From positions 188,273 through 252,272 of the forward strand of contig CP066682.1 in the NCBI GenBank assembly GCA_016432285.1: 64,000 nucleotides of DNA. The letters are read 5' to 3'. Shown one piece after another: positions 1 through 9,529 of this stretch (its first letter is position 1; each line of letters opens with the position of its first letter). This stretch comes from Candidatus Kaiserbacteria bacterium. Its GTDB lineage: Bacteria; Patescibacteriota; Minisyncoccia; Phycocordibacterales; UBA2100. Made by a program: the position numbers and the translations under genes. The notes under the pieces were generated by a model. The model was not told the DNA's origin. It did not search any database and worked only from the letters and a program-made list of their open reading frames with translations.

Positions 1-1
1 A

Positions 2-415
2 GTGGTAACGACCGGCTCGTCGGCCACCTTCTACAAATACCGCACGCCGCCCGCAGGAGAGCTGTGCGATGCTTCGAAGCTCACGCGCACCTGCACCAAC
101 GGCACTTTGGGCGGCAGCAACGACTACGTCTACGCCTCCTGCACCAACACCACTTCCTGCACGCAGGGTGGTATCACACTCGGGCACAGCAGCTCGTCAC
201 TCTTTTACAGCACGAGCACGGTTGCCTTCGGCTCCACCTGCGCAGGCGTCTCGCTCGAGCGTACCTGCACCAACGGCAAGCTCTCCGGTGCAGACACGTA
301 TTCGTACGGCAGTTGCAGCGTGCGTGCGCCGTCCGCCTCTGTGCAGCAGAGTCTTGCCAACGCACTCACGGCCCTTGAGCGCGCAATTCGCGGTATACTG
401 GATATGTTGAGATAG
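2..415 (+). CDS. C-terminal part of Cys-rich repeat surface protein (5' truncated by window edge)
   Basis: Two repeats of ...RTCTNG(T/K)L(G/S)G...Y.Y(A/G)SC; ends in amphipathic helix LANALTALERAIRGILDMLR. Confidence 0.75.
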   Translation: MVTTGSSATFYKYRTPPAGELCDASKLTRTCTNGTLGGSNDYVYASCTNTTSCTQGGITLGHSSSSLFYSTSTVAFGSTCAGVSLERTCTNGKLSGADTYSYGSCSVRAPSASVQQSLANALTALERAIRGILDMLR

Positions 416-421
416 AGTTGT

Positions 422-556
422 ATGAGCGATGAGTACCACAGGGATGGAACGCACGTACAAGATGGCGAGCACCGCCCCGTCGGGGGTATCGCCTTCGCGC
501 TCGTGCTCGCCCTCGCGCTGCTCGCCGGTATTGAGTTTGCGCGCTTTGTGAATTGA
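422..556 (+). CDS. small single-TM membrane protein (44 aa, not in ORF track)
   Basis: ATG 422 to TGA 556, MSDEYHRDGTHVQDGEHRPVGGIAFALVLALALLAGIEFARFVN; fills the gap between neighbours. Confidence 0.55.
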   Translation: MSDEYHRDGTHVQDGEHRPVGGIAFALVLALALLAGIEFARFVN

Positions 557-558
557 GT

Positions 559-1290
559 ATGCAACACCGACTTTCATTCAAACAACTCTTCGCCATCCTC
601 TTCCTCGCGTTCGCCGCGCTGCTCGCCGCATCCTCTCTTTCCGCCTGGGTCGGCCCCACCGCTTCTCCCCCCGACGACAACGTCCCCGCTCCGGTCAACG
701 TGGGCACCACTGACCAGATCAAGAGCGCCGGCCTCTCACTCGATGCACTCGCGGTCTTCGGATCGCAATACGTCGAAGACAAACTCGGCATTGGCCGCGT
801 ATCTCCCGTTGTCGCGCTCGACGTGGACGGCACGCTGCGTCTTGGGAACGGCGACGAATCCTGCCAAGCGGTGACCGCCGGAAGCATTCGCTTCAACAGC
901 GGCACGAGTGTGATCGAATTCTGCAACGGCGTGGAATGGAGCACGCTCACTGGGAGTGGTTCAGCACCGAGCGGAGCCGTCATGGCCTTCGACCTCACCG
1001 CCTGCCCTTCGGGGTGGAGTGAATACACCCCCGCGTATGGCCGTTTCATCCGCGGTATCGACAAGAGCGGCACCAGTATTGATCCAAGCGGCCAGCGTGC
1101 GCCGGGTAGTACCCAAGGGGATGATTTCGGTGCGCACACGCACAGTGCCGCGATCGTGGCGGGCACCAACTGGACCGGTGAGTCATACACATACTCATTC
1201 AGCGGCACGGGAAACGGTTCCACAGGAAGCGCTGGTGGCAGCGAGACGCGTCCGAAAAACGTCGCTCTTTTGTACTGCGAAAAATCATAA
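559..1290 (+). CDS. secreted fibre/adhesin-like protein with phage tail-collar-like C-terminus
   Basis: Signal/TM segment, WVGPTASPP..NVPAPVNVG motif, C-terminal PSGAVMAF...CPSGW...GRFIRG...ETRPKNVALLYC typical of tail-fibre collar domains. Confidence 0.75.
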   Translation: MQHRLSFKQLFAILFLAFAALLAASSLSAWVGPTASPPDDNVPAPVNVGTTDQIKSAGLSLDALAVFGSQYVEDKLGIGRVSPVVALDVDGTLRLGNGDESCQAVTAGSIRFNSGTSVIEFCNGVEWSTLTGSGSAPSGAVMAFDLTACPSGWSEYTPAYGRFIRGIDKSGTSIDPSGQRAPGSTQGDDFGAHTHSAAIVAGTNWTGESYTYSFSGTGNGSTGSAGGSETRPKNVALLYCEKS

Positions 1291-1294
1291 GCCC

Positions 1295-2266
1295 ATGCGC
1301 GCTCTTTCATTCCGCCAACTCTTCGCCATCCTCTTCCTCGCGTTCGCGGCCTTGCTCGCCGCATCCTCTCTCTCGGCGTGGGTCGGCCCCACCGCTTCTC
1401 CCCCCGACGAGAACGTCCCGGCTCCGGTCAACGTCGGTGCCGACAGTCAGATTAAAGAAGGCGGACTCGCGGTCGACTTTTTCAGTGTGTTCGGGACGCA
1501 ATATATTGAGGACAAGTTGGGTATCAATAAGACAAGCCCGGTCGTCGCACTTCATGTCGTCGGCTCCATGATCTTGGGCAACGGCGGCGAAGTATGCCAA
1601 GAGGTAACTGAAGGAGGCATCCGTTACAATTCGAGCTCCAATCAGCTCGAAGTTTGTGACGGCTCGGATTGGAGCGCGGTCGGTGGGGCATCCTCCGGTC
1701 CTGGTGCCGTTCAATACTCGACGCCCGGCACATACGAATTCACTGTCCCAACATACACGTCGTTGACGGCGACCGTGAAAGGAGCCGGAAGCGGCGGCGG
1801 AGGTGCTCAAGGCGCGAGCCATCACCCGTCGGAATATTCCTATATCTACTCGCACGGTACCGGCGGTACCGGGTCCGCTGGATCTGCGAGTTCATTTAAC
1901 ACGTCAGTCGTCGGTAATGGCGCGACGGGAGGGACGGGCGGTGGAGGCGGGCAGTATGGTTATAGCGCCGGGTCTGCAGGCACTCCAGGCACGGCGAGCG
2001 GCGGCACGACGAATACTACGGGTGGAGGCGCTCCAGGTGGAAGCGGGGGCGGATACTGCTACTACGGCGGACTCAATGGTGGCAGCGGTGCCGCGGGAGG
2101 CAATGCGGTCAAGACATACGCAAGTGGAGATCTGACACCGGGCACATCGATCACGGTTGTCGTCGGTACGAGCGGCGGAGGCGCAGGCGGATCTGTCGGG
2201 GACTACTGCACGGGAGGCGCTGGTACTTCTGGCTCGAACGGCTCAGTAACGATTTCGTGGGAGTGA
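1295..2266 (+). CDS. secreted fibre/adhesin-like paralog with Gly-rich C-terminal domain
   Basis: N-terminal ~130 aa homologous to 559-1290; C-terminus Gly-rich (YSTPGTYEFTVP...GSNGSVTISWE); true start ATG 1295. Confidence 0.75.
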   Translation: MRALSFRQLFAILFLAFAALLAASSLSAWVGPTASPPDENVPAPVNVGADSQIKEGGLAVDFFSVFGTQYIEDKLGINKTSPVVALHVVGSMILGNGGEVCQEVTEGGIRYNSSSNQLEVCDGSDWSAVGGASSGPGAVQYSTPGTYEFTVPTYTSLTATVKGAGSGGGGAQGASHHPSEYSYIYSHGTGGTGSAGSASSFNTSVVGNGATGGTGGGGGQYGYSAGSAGTPGTASGGTTNTTGGGAPGGSGGGYCYYGGLNGGSGAAGGNAVKTYASGDLTPGTSITVVVGTSGGGAGGSVGDYCTGGAGTSGSNGSVTISWE

Positions 2267-2279
2267 GACAACTATTTTC

Positions 2280-2307
2280 TTGACGCTCCAGACTCATTTG
2301 GTAGTAT
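2280..2307 (+). promoter_or_regulatory. sigma70-type promoter of tuf
   Basis: TTGACG-N16-TAGTAT with TG extension. Confidence 0.5.
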
Positions 2308-2343
2308 GTCGGCACGCACGCTCTGTGCGTATTCTTTTGCTTG

Positions 2344-2363
2344 CCCTGAGCGAAGTCGAAGGG
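2344..2363. repeat. REP-like short repeat CCCTGAGCGAAGTCGAAGGG
   Basis: Reverse complement copy at 27845-27864; related copies at 25881, 27739, 28460. Confidence 0.65.
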
Positions 2364-2485
2364 CCGAAATATTGAATCGTGTGGCCTAGCGAACCACGTA
2401 CAGCGATCCAAAATTCCCAAAAGAACTACCGGAGCACTCAAAAGCGTTGGCGATTAGCAAATTAGTAGCTAATACAATTATTTGT

Positions 2486-3685
<1,200 letters not shown>

Positions 3686-3704
3686 TTCGCACTCGAATTA
3701 AACA

Positions 3705-3734
3705 GAGAAAACCCGCCGCAAGGCGGGTTTTCTC
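3705..3734 (+). terminator. intrinsic terminator after tuf
   Basis: GAGAAAACCCGCC-GCAA-GGCGGGTTTTCTC hairpin. Confidence 0.85.
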
Positions 3735-3860
3735 GTAGCGGCGAACATGGTGAAAGACACCAAACGTTGTGCATGTACCGTGCTTGTGCCGCACAGGTAC
3801 CATGTGTGTTATTTCCGCATACCCCTTGATCTCCGGGGCCCAATCCCTATACTTTACTTT

Positions 3861-4259
3861 ATGGTTAAGTATTGGAATCCCGCGCGGATCAAGCGGATCC
3901 GCGAACGGCCCGAGCGCAAAGAACAGCGAATATACGATGAGGCGAAGAAAGAGCGAAAGAGGCTGCTTCGTGGGATGCCAGTTGGGAGAGATCCCGAACG
4001 CTTACTCGATGTACTCGGATTGCCGTTGCGGCGCAAAATGCTAGGCCGCTTGCAAAAGAGCGGTGCGATGTCCGTCTCCAAACTTGCAGAGCCGTTCGGG
4101 CTTACGCTGTCCGCAGCACTCAAACATGTCCGCTACCTGGAGTGGTCGGGCATTGTGAAGACGAAAAAACAGGGTCGCACGCGAATCTGTTCTTATAACC
4201 CCGGCGCGCTCCCAGAGCTTGCACGCTTCCTCGAATCCCGATACTTTAATCATAAGTAA
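3861..4259 (+). CDS. ArsR-family winged-helix transcriptional regulator
   Basis: LGLPLRRKMLGRL...MSVSKLAEPFGLTLSAALKHVRYLEWSGIVKTKKQGRTRIC; TATACT 7 nt upstream of ATG 3861. Confidence 0.8.
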   Translation: MVKYWNPARIKRIRERPERKEQRIYDEAKKERKRLLRGMPVGRDPERLLDVLGLPLRRKMLGRLQKSGAMSVSKLAEPFGLTLSAALKHVRYLEWSGIVKTKKQGRTRICSYNPGALPELARFLESRYFNHK

Positions 4260-4345
4260 AGTATCGGGATTCTGCCCGCGCTCGTCTTCTAGCGGGTTTT
4301 CCCGCCTGGCCGTTCGATTCGATTACAAGCAGGTATACTGGCAGT

Positions 4346-4498
4346 ATGAAAGCACCGCCGTTTACGAATCTCGCCGTCTTCGTGCTTTTCTTCGGCCTCG
4401 CGCTTATTGAGGCGATGCAGCGGGGCAACTGGATCGGCGCGGCCCTCTTTCTCGCACTCGGCGCCCTTTCCCTGTGGGCCGACTTTTCCAAGCGATAG
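4346..4498 (+). CDS. small 2-TM membrane protein (50 aa, not in ORF track)
   Basis: MKAPPFTNLAVFVLFFGLALIEAMQRGNWIGAALFLALGALSLWADFSKR; TATACT 6 nt upstream. Confidence 0.65.
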   Translation: MKAPPFTNLAVFVLFFGLALIEAMQRGNWIGAALFLALGALSLWADFSKR

Positions 4499-4599
4499 GC
4501 GTCCAAGACAAAGCCTTGCAAATACGTGCGGCAAGGCGAGGCCTTGCCGCGCGTTCACATCGCCGGAGTCCGACATTTCGGCGGGAGTATAATGGCGAC

Positions 4600-4980
4600 A
4601 TGAAAGTCTGGGTCAGACGTGTCGTGTATGCGATTGTGCTCTGGGCGCTGCTTTTCGTGGCAGCGATTCCGCTTTTGCCGCTCCAGACGGCCGACCTTGC
4701 GGCGTTCAAGGCCGTGATGGCCATGCTCGGCTCCCTCGCCGGCGCGGCGCTCGCCTCGCATTACTTCCTCGGCGTGCAAAGCAACTACCTGCGGGAGGGC
4801 ATCTACACCGCAATCACATGGATGGCGGTCAATTGGCTCCTGGATCTCGTCGCGCTCCTTCCCTTTACCGGACAATCGATTCCGCAGTACTTCCTGCAAA
4901 TCGGCATCGAGTATCTCGGTATGTTTGGCATCCTCGTCGCGATCGGCTACGTGCTCGAAAAAAAGACGCCGCGCTTGTAA
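4600..4980 (+). CDS. hypothetical 4-TM membrane protein
   Basis: Four hydrophobic segments; TATAAT 6 nt upstream of ATG 4600. Confidence 0.7.
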   Translation: MKVWVRRVVYAIVLWALLFVAAIPLLPLQTADLAAFKAVMAMLGSLAGAALASHYFLGVQSNYLREGIYTAITWMAVNWLLDLVALLPFTGQSIPQYFLQIGIEYLGMFGILVAIGYVLEKKTPRL

Positions 4981-4991
4981 GAGAGCGGATA

Positions 4992-5020
4992 TTGCACACT
5001 CGGAGGGAATAGTGCATACT
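4992..5020 (+). promoter_or_regulatory. promoter of rpsJ
   Basis: TTGCAC-N17-CATACT. Confidence 0.55.
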
Positions 5021-5031
5021 CTGCGGGTTCT

Positions 5032-5448
5032 ATGACAGCGGAAGCGACAAAGAAGCCTCGCGCCTCGCGCGCGAAGACGGCCAAGAAGGCCGACGATTCC
5101 GCTGCACCCCAAGCTCCGGCCCGCGCCAAAAAAGCGGAGGCTGCGCACCGCCTTCGCATCAAGGTCCGCGCCTACGAGCACGGCGTCCTCGATAATTCCG
5201 TGAAGCAGATCATCGACACGGCTGCCCGCTACAATGCGGAAGTCGTTGGTCCGGTGCCGCTTCCGATCGACATCAAAAAGTACACCGTCAACCGCGCCGC
5301 ATTCATCGACAAAGACTCCCGCGAGCAGTTCGAGATGCGTATCCACAAGCGCATGATCGACATCCTCAACCCAGCACCGAAAGTCATCGAAGCCCTCACC
5401 AACATCGACCTCCCTTCGGGTGTTTCGATAGATGTAAAGATGATGTAG
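5032..5448 (+). CDS. rpsJ: 30S ribosomal protein S10 with N-terminal Lys/Ala-rich extension
   Basis: RLRIKVRAYEH, GPVPLP, SREQFEMRIHKR, LPSGVSIDVK. Confidence 0.98.
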   Translation: MTAEATKKPRASRAKTAKKADDSAAPQAPARAKKAEAAHRLRIKVRAYEHGVLDNSVKQIIDTAARYNAEVVGPVPLPIDIKKYTVNRAAFIDKDSREQFEMRIHKRMIDILNPAPKVIEALTNIDLPSGVSIDVKMM

Positions 5449-5500
5449 ACGCTCGCCCCGTTAGATGCGCAGCTATCTAACCGGGGTGAAGATGATGTAG
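5437..5500. mobile_element. miniature palindromic element flanked by 12-bp direct repeat
   Basis: AAGATGATGTAG at 5437-5448 and 5489-5500 around hairpin CGCCCCGTTAGAT...ATCTAACCGGGGTG. Confidence 0.6.
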
Positions 5501-5513
5501 GTTCTCTGCGTGG

Positions 5514-5543
5514 AAAACGGCCCGCGCGAGCGGGCCGTTTTTT
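5514..5543 (+). terminator. intrinsic terminator after rpsJ
   Basis: AAAACGGCCCGC-GCGA-GCGGGCCGTTTTTT. Confidence 0.85.
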
Positions 5544-5578
5544 CATAACGACAGGTCGACCCGTGCTAAGCTACCGGC

Positions 5579-6451
5579 ATGCGGGCGTTCACCTGCGGCC
5601 GGAGGCAACCAGGCGACACGTTCTATCTTGATTTCAATCCCTGTGTACGCGAGCCAAAAACGTGGAAGGAGGAAATCTATGCCGCCGCGAAGCTCCTGGC
5701 GAATCGTGCGGGCTCAAGGCCGATCTGGCTCGCTTCGAGCGGAGGAACAGACAGCGAAGTCATGTGTCGCGCCTTTTTTGACCAAGGAATTAATTTTTCA
5801 GTACTCACGGTAGAGCACATCGCTGGCACCAACCGTCACGACACGGCCTACGCACGTGCCTGGTGTCGCGCACGAGCGATTCCCCAGAAGATCGTTGAAC
5901 TCGACATGCCGGCGTTCCTCTCAAATGACGTTTTTGAATATACGCGAAAGGAGTACGTAACTGGAAACGTGTATCGCTACTTTCAAATTCGGTTGCTCGA
6001 GGAAATCGATCGCCTCGGAGGCTTCGGCGTCATTGGAAGCGGCGAACAGCTGTATCAAGCAGCGTCCGGCGCCGTTCCGTATCTCGAATACGAAGTGGGG
6101 ATTATGGCTCCGCTTCAGTGGAGCGAGCGGCACAACACCGAGCACGAGCCTTTTTTCTACATGAGCACACCCGAAATCTATCGGTCGTACATGGATATTC
6201 CGATCATCGCGCGCAACCTCCACTACCGCGACATCTTCATCCACCGCAAGAACGCGTTTCTCCTGAAGCGTATTGCCACAAATGCCGTGTGGGACGATTT
6301 GCGCGACAGACCGAAGTTCACCGGGTACGAGCACATACGGCCGCACCGCCTCGCCGCGCAAAAAAAGTTGAGGGGAATGTTCGGCGACCGCATACAAACG
6401 CTCCGGATTCCCGTCGATGAGGTGCGGAACCAGCTCGACGCGCGGTCATAA
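5579..6451 (+). CDS. PP-loop (adenine nucleotide alpha hydrolase-like) protein of unknown function
   Basis: IWLASSGGTDSEVM PP-loop motif followed by Rossmann-like pattern. Confidence 0.65.
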   Translation: MRAFTCGRRQPGDTFYLDFNPCVREPKTWKEEIYAAAKLLANRAGSRPIWLASSGGTDSEVMCRAFFDQGINFSVLTVEHIAGTNRHDTAYARAWCRARAIPQKIVELDMPAFLSNDVFEYTRKEYVTGNVYRYFQIRLLEEIDRLGGFGVIGSGEQLYQAASGAVPYLEYEVGIMAPLQWSERHNTEHEPFFYMSTPEIYRSYMDIPIIARNLHYRDIFIHRKNAFLLKRIATNAVWDDLRDRPKFTGYEHIRPHRLAAQKKLRGMFGDRIQTLRIPVDEVRNQLDARS

Positions 6452-6535
6452 TCAGGAAACCTCTTACTACGTATGCAGAGTGATCGATAAAGAAGTATCC
6501 CCGGCCGAAAGCGGCCGGGGACCAGTCGAAGGAGC

Positions 6536-7990
6536 CTATGTTCGCCGCCGCCATGTCGCGATGAGGACGATAATCCCCGACGCGAGCACGGAAAAGAGCG
6601 AACCGCCGATGATCATCGGCGTCACCTTGTAGAGGTTGCCGTAGGCGAAGATCGGCAACCCGATCACGATTGAGGTGATAATTCCCCAGAACATCCCCGG
6701 TTCACTCACCTGCTTTTTCAAGATCGTGATCACTGTCGGGAGCAGCGTGGATGCCCGCAGCGTTCCATAAAAGAGGAACAAGTACGGGATTGTCATCCCC
6801 GGGATATTCGCGATCGCGATGCCGCCGACGACGAGGACGAGCATCGCGCCGCGCGAGAACCACGAGAATCCGCGACGATCTAGGCTCTCGCCGTGACCAG
6901 CGCGTCCGGCGATATCGTGACCAGCGAGGCTTGATATCGCCGTCAGGTTGGAATCCAATGTCGACACAAGCCCCGAGAGGAGCAGGTAGACAAACATGAT
7001 AAGGATCCAGCCTGGCAGCAGTTTGCGCTCCACGAGATTCCCGACCACTTCAAGATTGACCCGCTGTGTGTCTACTGCAGTGAGCCCCATTCCCGCGCCA
7101 AGGAAGCCGAGAAGTGAGAGTGTAATCGGGACCACGCCGAATATGAATGCGGCGAGGATAAATGCCAGCCGTACGGAATCCTTGCGGATGGCAAATGCCC
7201 GCTGCCAGAAGCTTTGATCGCCAAATGGCCCTGCGAGCAGTCCGATTGTCACGGGGATCCCGAAGGTCAAGAACACCGTCAGGCCGTCTCCAGAGAAAAG
7301 GTCGGTAAATGTCCCGCTCTTCCCGTAGAGACCCTTCTCGACGGTCTCCCATCCGCCTCCGGCTATGATCGTCCACGGGACGATCAGTGCGCCGACGGCG
7401 TAGATCATGAGGAGCTGAAGCGAATCACTGACCATCGAGCCCTTGAATCCGGAGTAGAGCGAGTACCCGACAGGAATGATGGCAAGGATGATCGTGAGCG
7501 ACCAGTACGGCAGACCCGTCAGTACAGAGAGGACCTTCGCGCCCGCCAAGAGTTGGACGGCAAACGAACACGTCGCAAGCCCGATCAATGCGGTCAGGTA
7601 CACGTTTTGCACCCGGCCCGAGTACCGCTCCCGCATGCAACCGGAGAGGGTGTAGCCATCCGGAAAGAGCGAGCGGAGCTTCCACGCGAAGAAGGCGAAG
7701 ATCACCAGGGTCGCCATGTTGGGCACGACGAACCAGAAGACCCCCACCCACCCTTGCGTATAGGCTTTTTCGGCGGCGAGGAACAGGGCTGGTGCCCAGA
7801 TCCACGCCGCTGCGGTCGACATCGCGCCGACAAGCGGCCCGACTTCGTGGTTAGCCACCAAGAATTGCGGCTTGGTGAACTTCACCCCTCGCGAGAAGAA
7901 CCACACGATTCCCGAGAGAGGCAGCGCGAAGCCGAAAATAAGGAAGGCCACCCCCTGGACGGGAGTGAACATCTGTAGTGCGCGAATCAT
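6536..7990 (-). CDS. sodium:solute symporter family transporter (PutP/DUR3-like)
   Basis: ~13 TM segments, STAAAWIWAPALF, YSLYSGFKGS..SD..Q, GDQSFWQRAFA, STLDSNL; SD AAGGAG upstream. Confidence 0.9.
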   Translation of the reverse strand: MIRALQMFTPVQGVAFLIFGFALPLSGIVWFFSRGVKFTKPQFLVANHEVGPLVGAMSTAAAWIWAPALFLAAEKAYTQGWVGVFWFVVPNMATLVIFAFFAWKLRSLFPDGYTLSGCMRERYSGRVQNVYLTALIGLATCSFAVQLLAGAKVLSVLTGLPYWSLTIILAIIPVGYSLYSGFKGSMVSDSLQLLMIYAVGALIVPWTIIAGGGWETVEKGLYGKSGTFTDLFSGDGLTVFLTFGIPVTIGLLAGPFGDQSFWQRAFAIRKDSVRLAFILAAFIFGVVPITLSLLGFLGAGMGLTAVDTQRVNLEVVGNLVERKLLPGWILIMFVYLLLSGLVSTLDSNLTAISSLAGHDIAGRAGHGESLDRRGFSWFSRGAMLVLVVGGIAIANIPGMTIPYLFLFYGTLRASTLLPTVITILKKQVSEPGMFWGIITSIVIGLPIFAYGNLYKVTPMIIGGSLFSVLASGIIVLIATWRRRT

Positions 7991-8083
7991 TGTCAGAGCT
8001 CCTTTGCTGTTGGTTTTTTCGCGGCACCATGCCGCCTACGAGCGACACTATCACCGCGTGCAGGTCGGCACAAGAAATGGCGC

Positions 8084-8121
8084 AAAGAAAAAGCCCCGGG
8101 ACGTGCCCGAGGCTTCTTTTT
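8084..8121 (-). terminator. intrinsic terminator after Cys-rich peptide gene
   Basis: Minus strand AAGCCTCGGG-CACGT-CCCGGGGCTTTTTCTTT. Confidence 0.7.
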
Positions 8122-8137
8122 CCGAGTCGCGCCGGTT

Positions 8138-8353
8138 CTACCTGACCGGCTTACCGCTGACCGGAGTGGTCGCGCCGCGACACTTCGCTGCGCTGCACTT
8201 GTCAATGCTTTTAGCCTTGCGGCTGCCGCCCCGGCCGCAGGTGTTTGACGGACAGGTGACCGTGTTGAGTCCGCGCTGCGCCTGTACCGGTTTCGTGTCG
8301 ATCGTTGTCGCGGCGAGAGCGATCGCCGCAGAGAACAAGAGGCTCTTCATCAT
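8138..8353 (-). CDS. secreted cationic 4-Cys peptide (71 aa precursor)
   Basis: SD GGAGGA 7 nt before ATG; signal peptide ending VQA; mature part CPSNTC...KCSAAKC, Lys/Arg-rich; followed by terminator. Confidence 0.7.
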   Translation of the reverse strand: MMKSLLFSAAIALAATTIDTKPVQAQRGLNTVTCPSNTCGRGGSRKAKSIDKCSAAKCRGATTPVSGKPVR

Positions 8354-8428
8354 CTCGGTATCCTCCGAACTCACCAGCGCGGGATGCGCCGATGGCAGCC
8401 TTTTATATGCATTACAATTGCTTGCTCG

Positions 8429-9529
8429 TCAAGAGAAGTCGTTGTGCGGTTCGTAGTACGTTTCGGGGGAAAGGTCGTCGTGGAAACCGAGCTTCTCGTC
8501 GATAAAGCTGTAGGAGTGCTGCTGGAGAAAGAGCGCCTTCAGCGAGCCGCGCTTGATCTTCGAATCACGGTACTCGCGATCCTTGGTGTAATCGTAAATG
8601 ATGTCCTTGGCGGGCCACTTGTAGGTGTTCCATGTGTCTTTGATGCGCTTGTCGGGATTCGCCATGCTCCACCGCTGGAAGTCGTCGGTGCCGAAGAAGT
8701 GCACGTACTTCGTATCGATATAGCGCTGATCAATGTTACGGATGTTGCGTGGAGCCGTATGCAAAAGCCGCCGCAGATGCACAGCCTGCCACTTGAGGGC
8801 GAAGTTGATCCACCACAGATAGAGAAAATTCGTTTCGATTGAGAGGGGAGCGGCGGCCTTGAGGCGCTCGAAGAGGTCGAGATAGAAATCAGTCGTCGCC
8901 TGGTCTCCGAGCGATCGGCCGAAAAAGTCTGAAAAAAGATCGCGGCTGTACGGCTTGTGGAGATGCTCATCACCGAGCTGGTGGATGAGCTTGCCGACCA
9001 CGTCCGATCCGAAGAGCTGATCGTTGTGCTCGCCATCGAGGAGCACGTCCTTGGTGCCGAGTCGGTGCGAAAAGAGCACCGATGAGTCGACGCGCAGTTT
9101 GCCGTGGATATGCTCCTCCCAAAATCGCGGATTTTCCGTGATTGACTCCTCGCTGAGGAGCACCACGATGCGCCTCTTCTGCTCGTTGCTCCCCATCTTG
9201 AGGAGCGATATGAGGACGAGCGTGCTATCGATGCCGCCCGACCACGAGACACACACATCCACGTCCGCCACATCGGCTTTGGAGAGGATTTCCCTCGCCC
9301 GCGCGTCGCATATTTCTTCGTAGGTTTTTGTGAATCCTTCAAATGCGGGGAGGGGAGCGAGAGCTTTGAGCTTGATCGGCATGCGAATCGTGGCCGTCCG
9401 ATCCACGATCACGACCCCGGGCCCGTAGATATCAAAAAAGCGCGAGAACTTCGTGAAGCCGGGAAAGCGGTCCGGGTCGGCGCGCAGGACCTTCCGCGGT
9501 CTGTAGTAGAGCAGCCGCATGAGCCTCAC
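8429..9529 (-). CDS. asparagine synthetase C-terminal-domain-like PP-loop protein lacking glutaminase domain
   Basis: VSWSGGIDST PP-loop and LLDGEHNDQLFGSD resembling AsnB GEGADELFGGY. Confidence 0.75.
   Translation of the reverse strand: MRLMRLLYYRPRKVLRADPDRFPGFTKFSRFFDIYGPGVVIVDRTATIRMPIKLKALAPLPAFEGFTKTYEEICDARAREILSKADVADVDVCVSWSGGIDSTLVLISLLKMGSNEQKRRIVVLLSEESITENPRFWEEHIHGKLRVDSSVLFSHRLGTKDVLLDGEHNDQLFGSDVVGKLIHQLGDEHLHKPYSRDLFSDFFGRSLGDQATTDFYLDLFERLKAAAPLSIETNFLYLWWINFALKWQAVHLRRLLHTAPRNIRNIDQRYIDTKYVHFFGTDDFQRWSMANPDKRIKDTWNTYKWPAKDIIYDYTKDREYRDSKIKRGSLKALFLQQHSYSFIDEKLGFHDDLSPETYYEPHNDFS

Noticed and set aside
559-2266. Prophage tail module or DGR target
   Set aside because: Proteins carry signal peptides, no other phage structural genes or reverse transcriptase are present, and the repeat differences are mostly synonymous rather than adenine-specific
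8138-9529. Canonical lasso peptide cluster
   Set aside because: No transglutaminase-like peptidase or RRE, and the peptide has a Sec signal rather than a lasso leader
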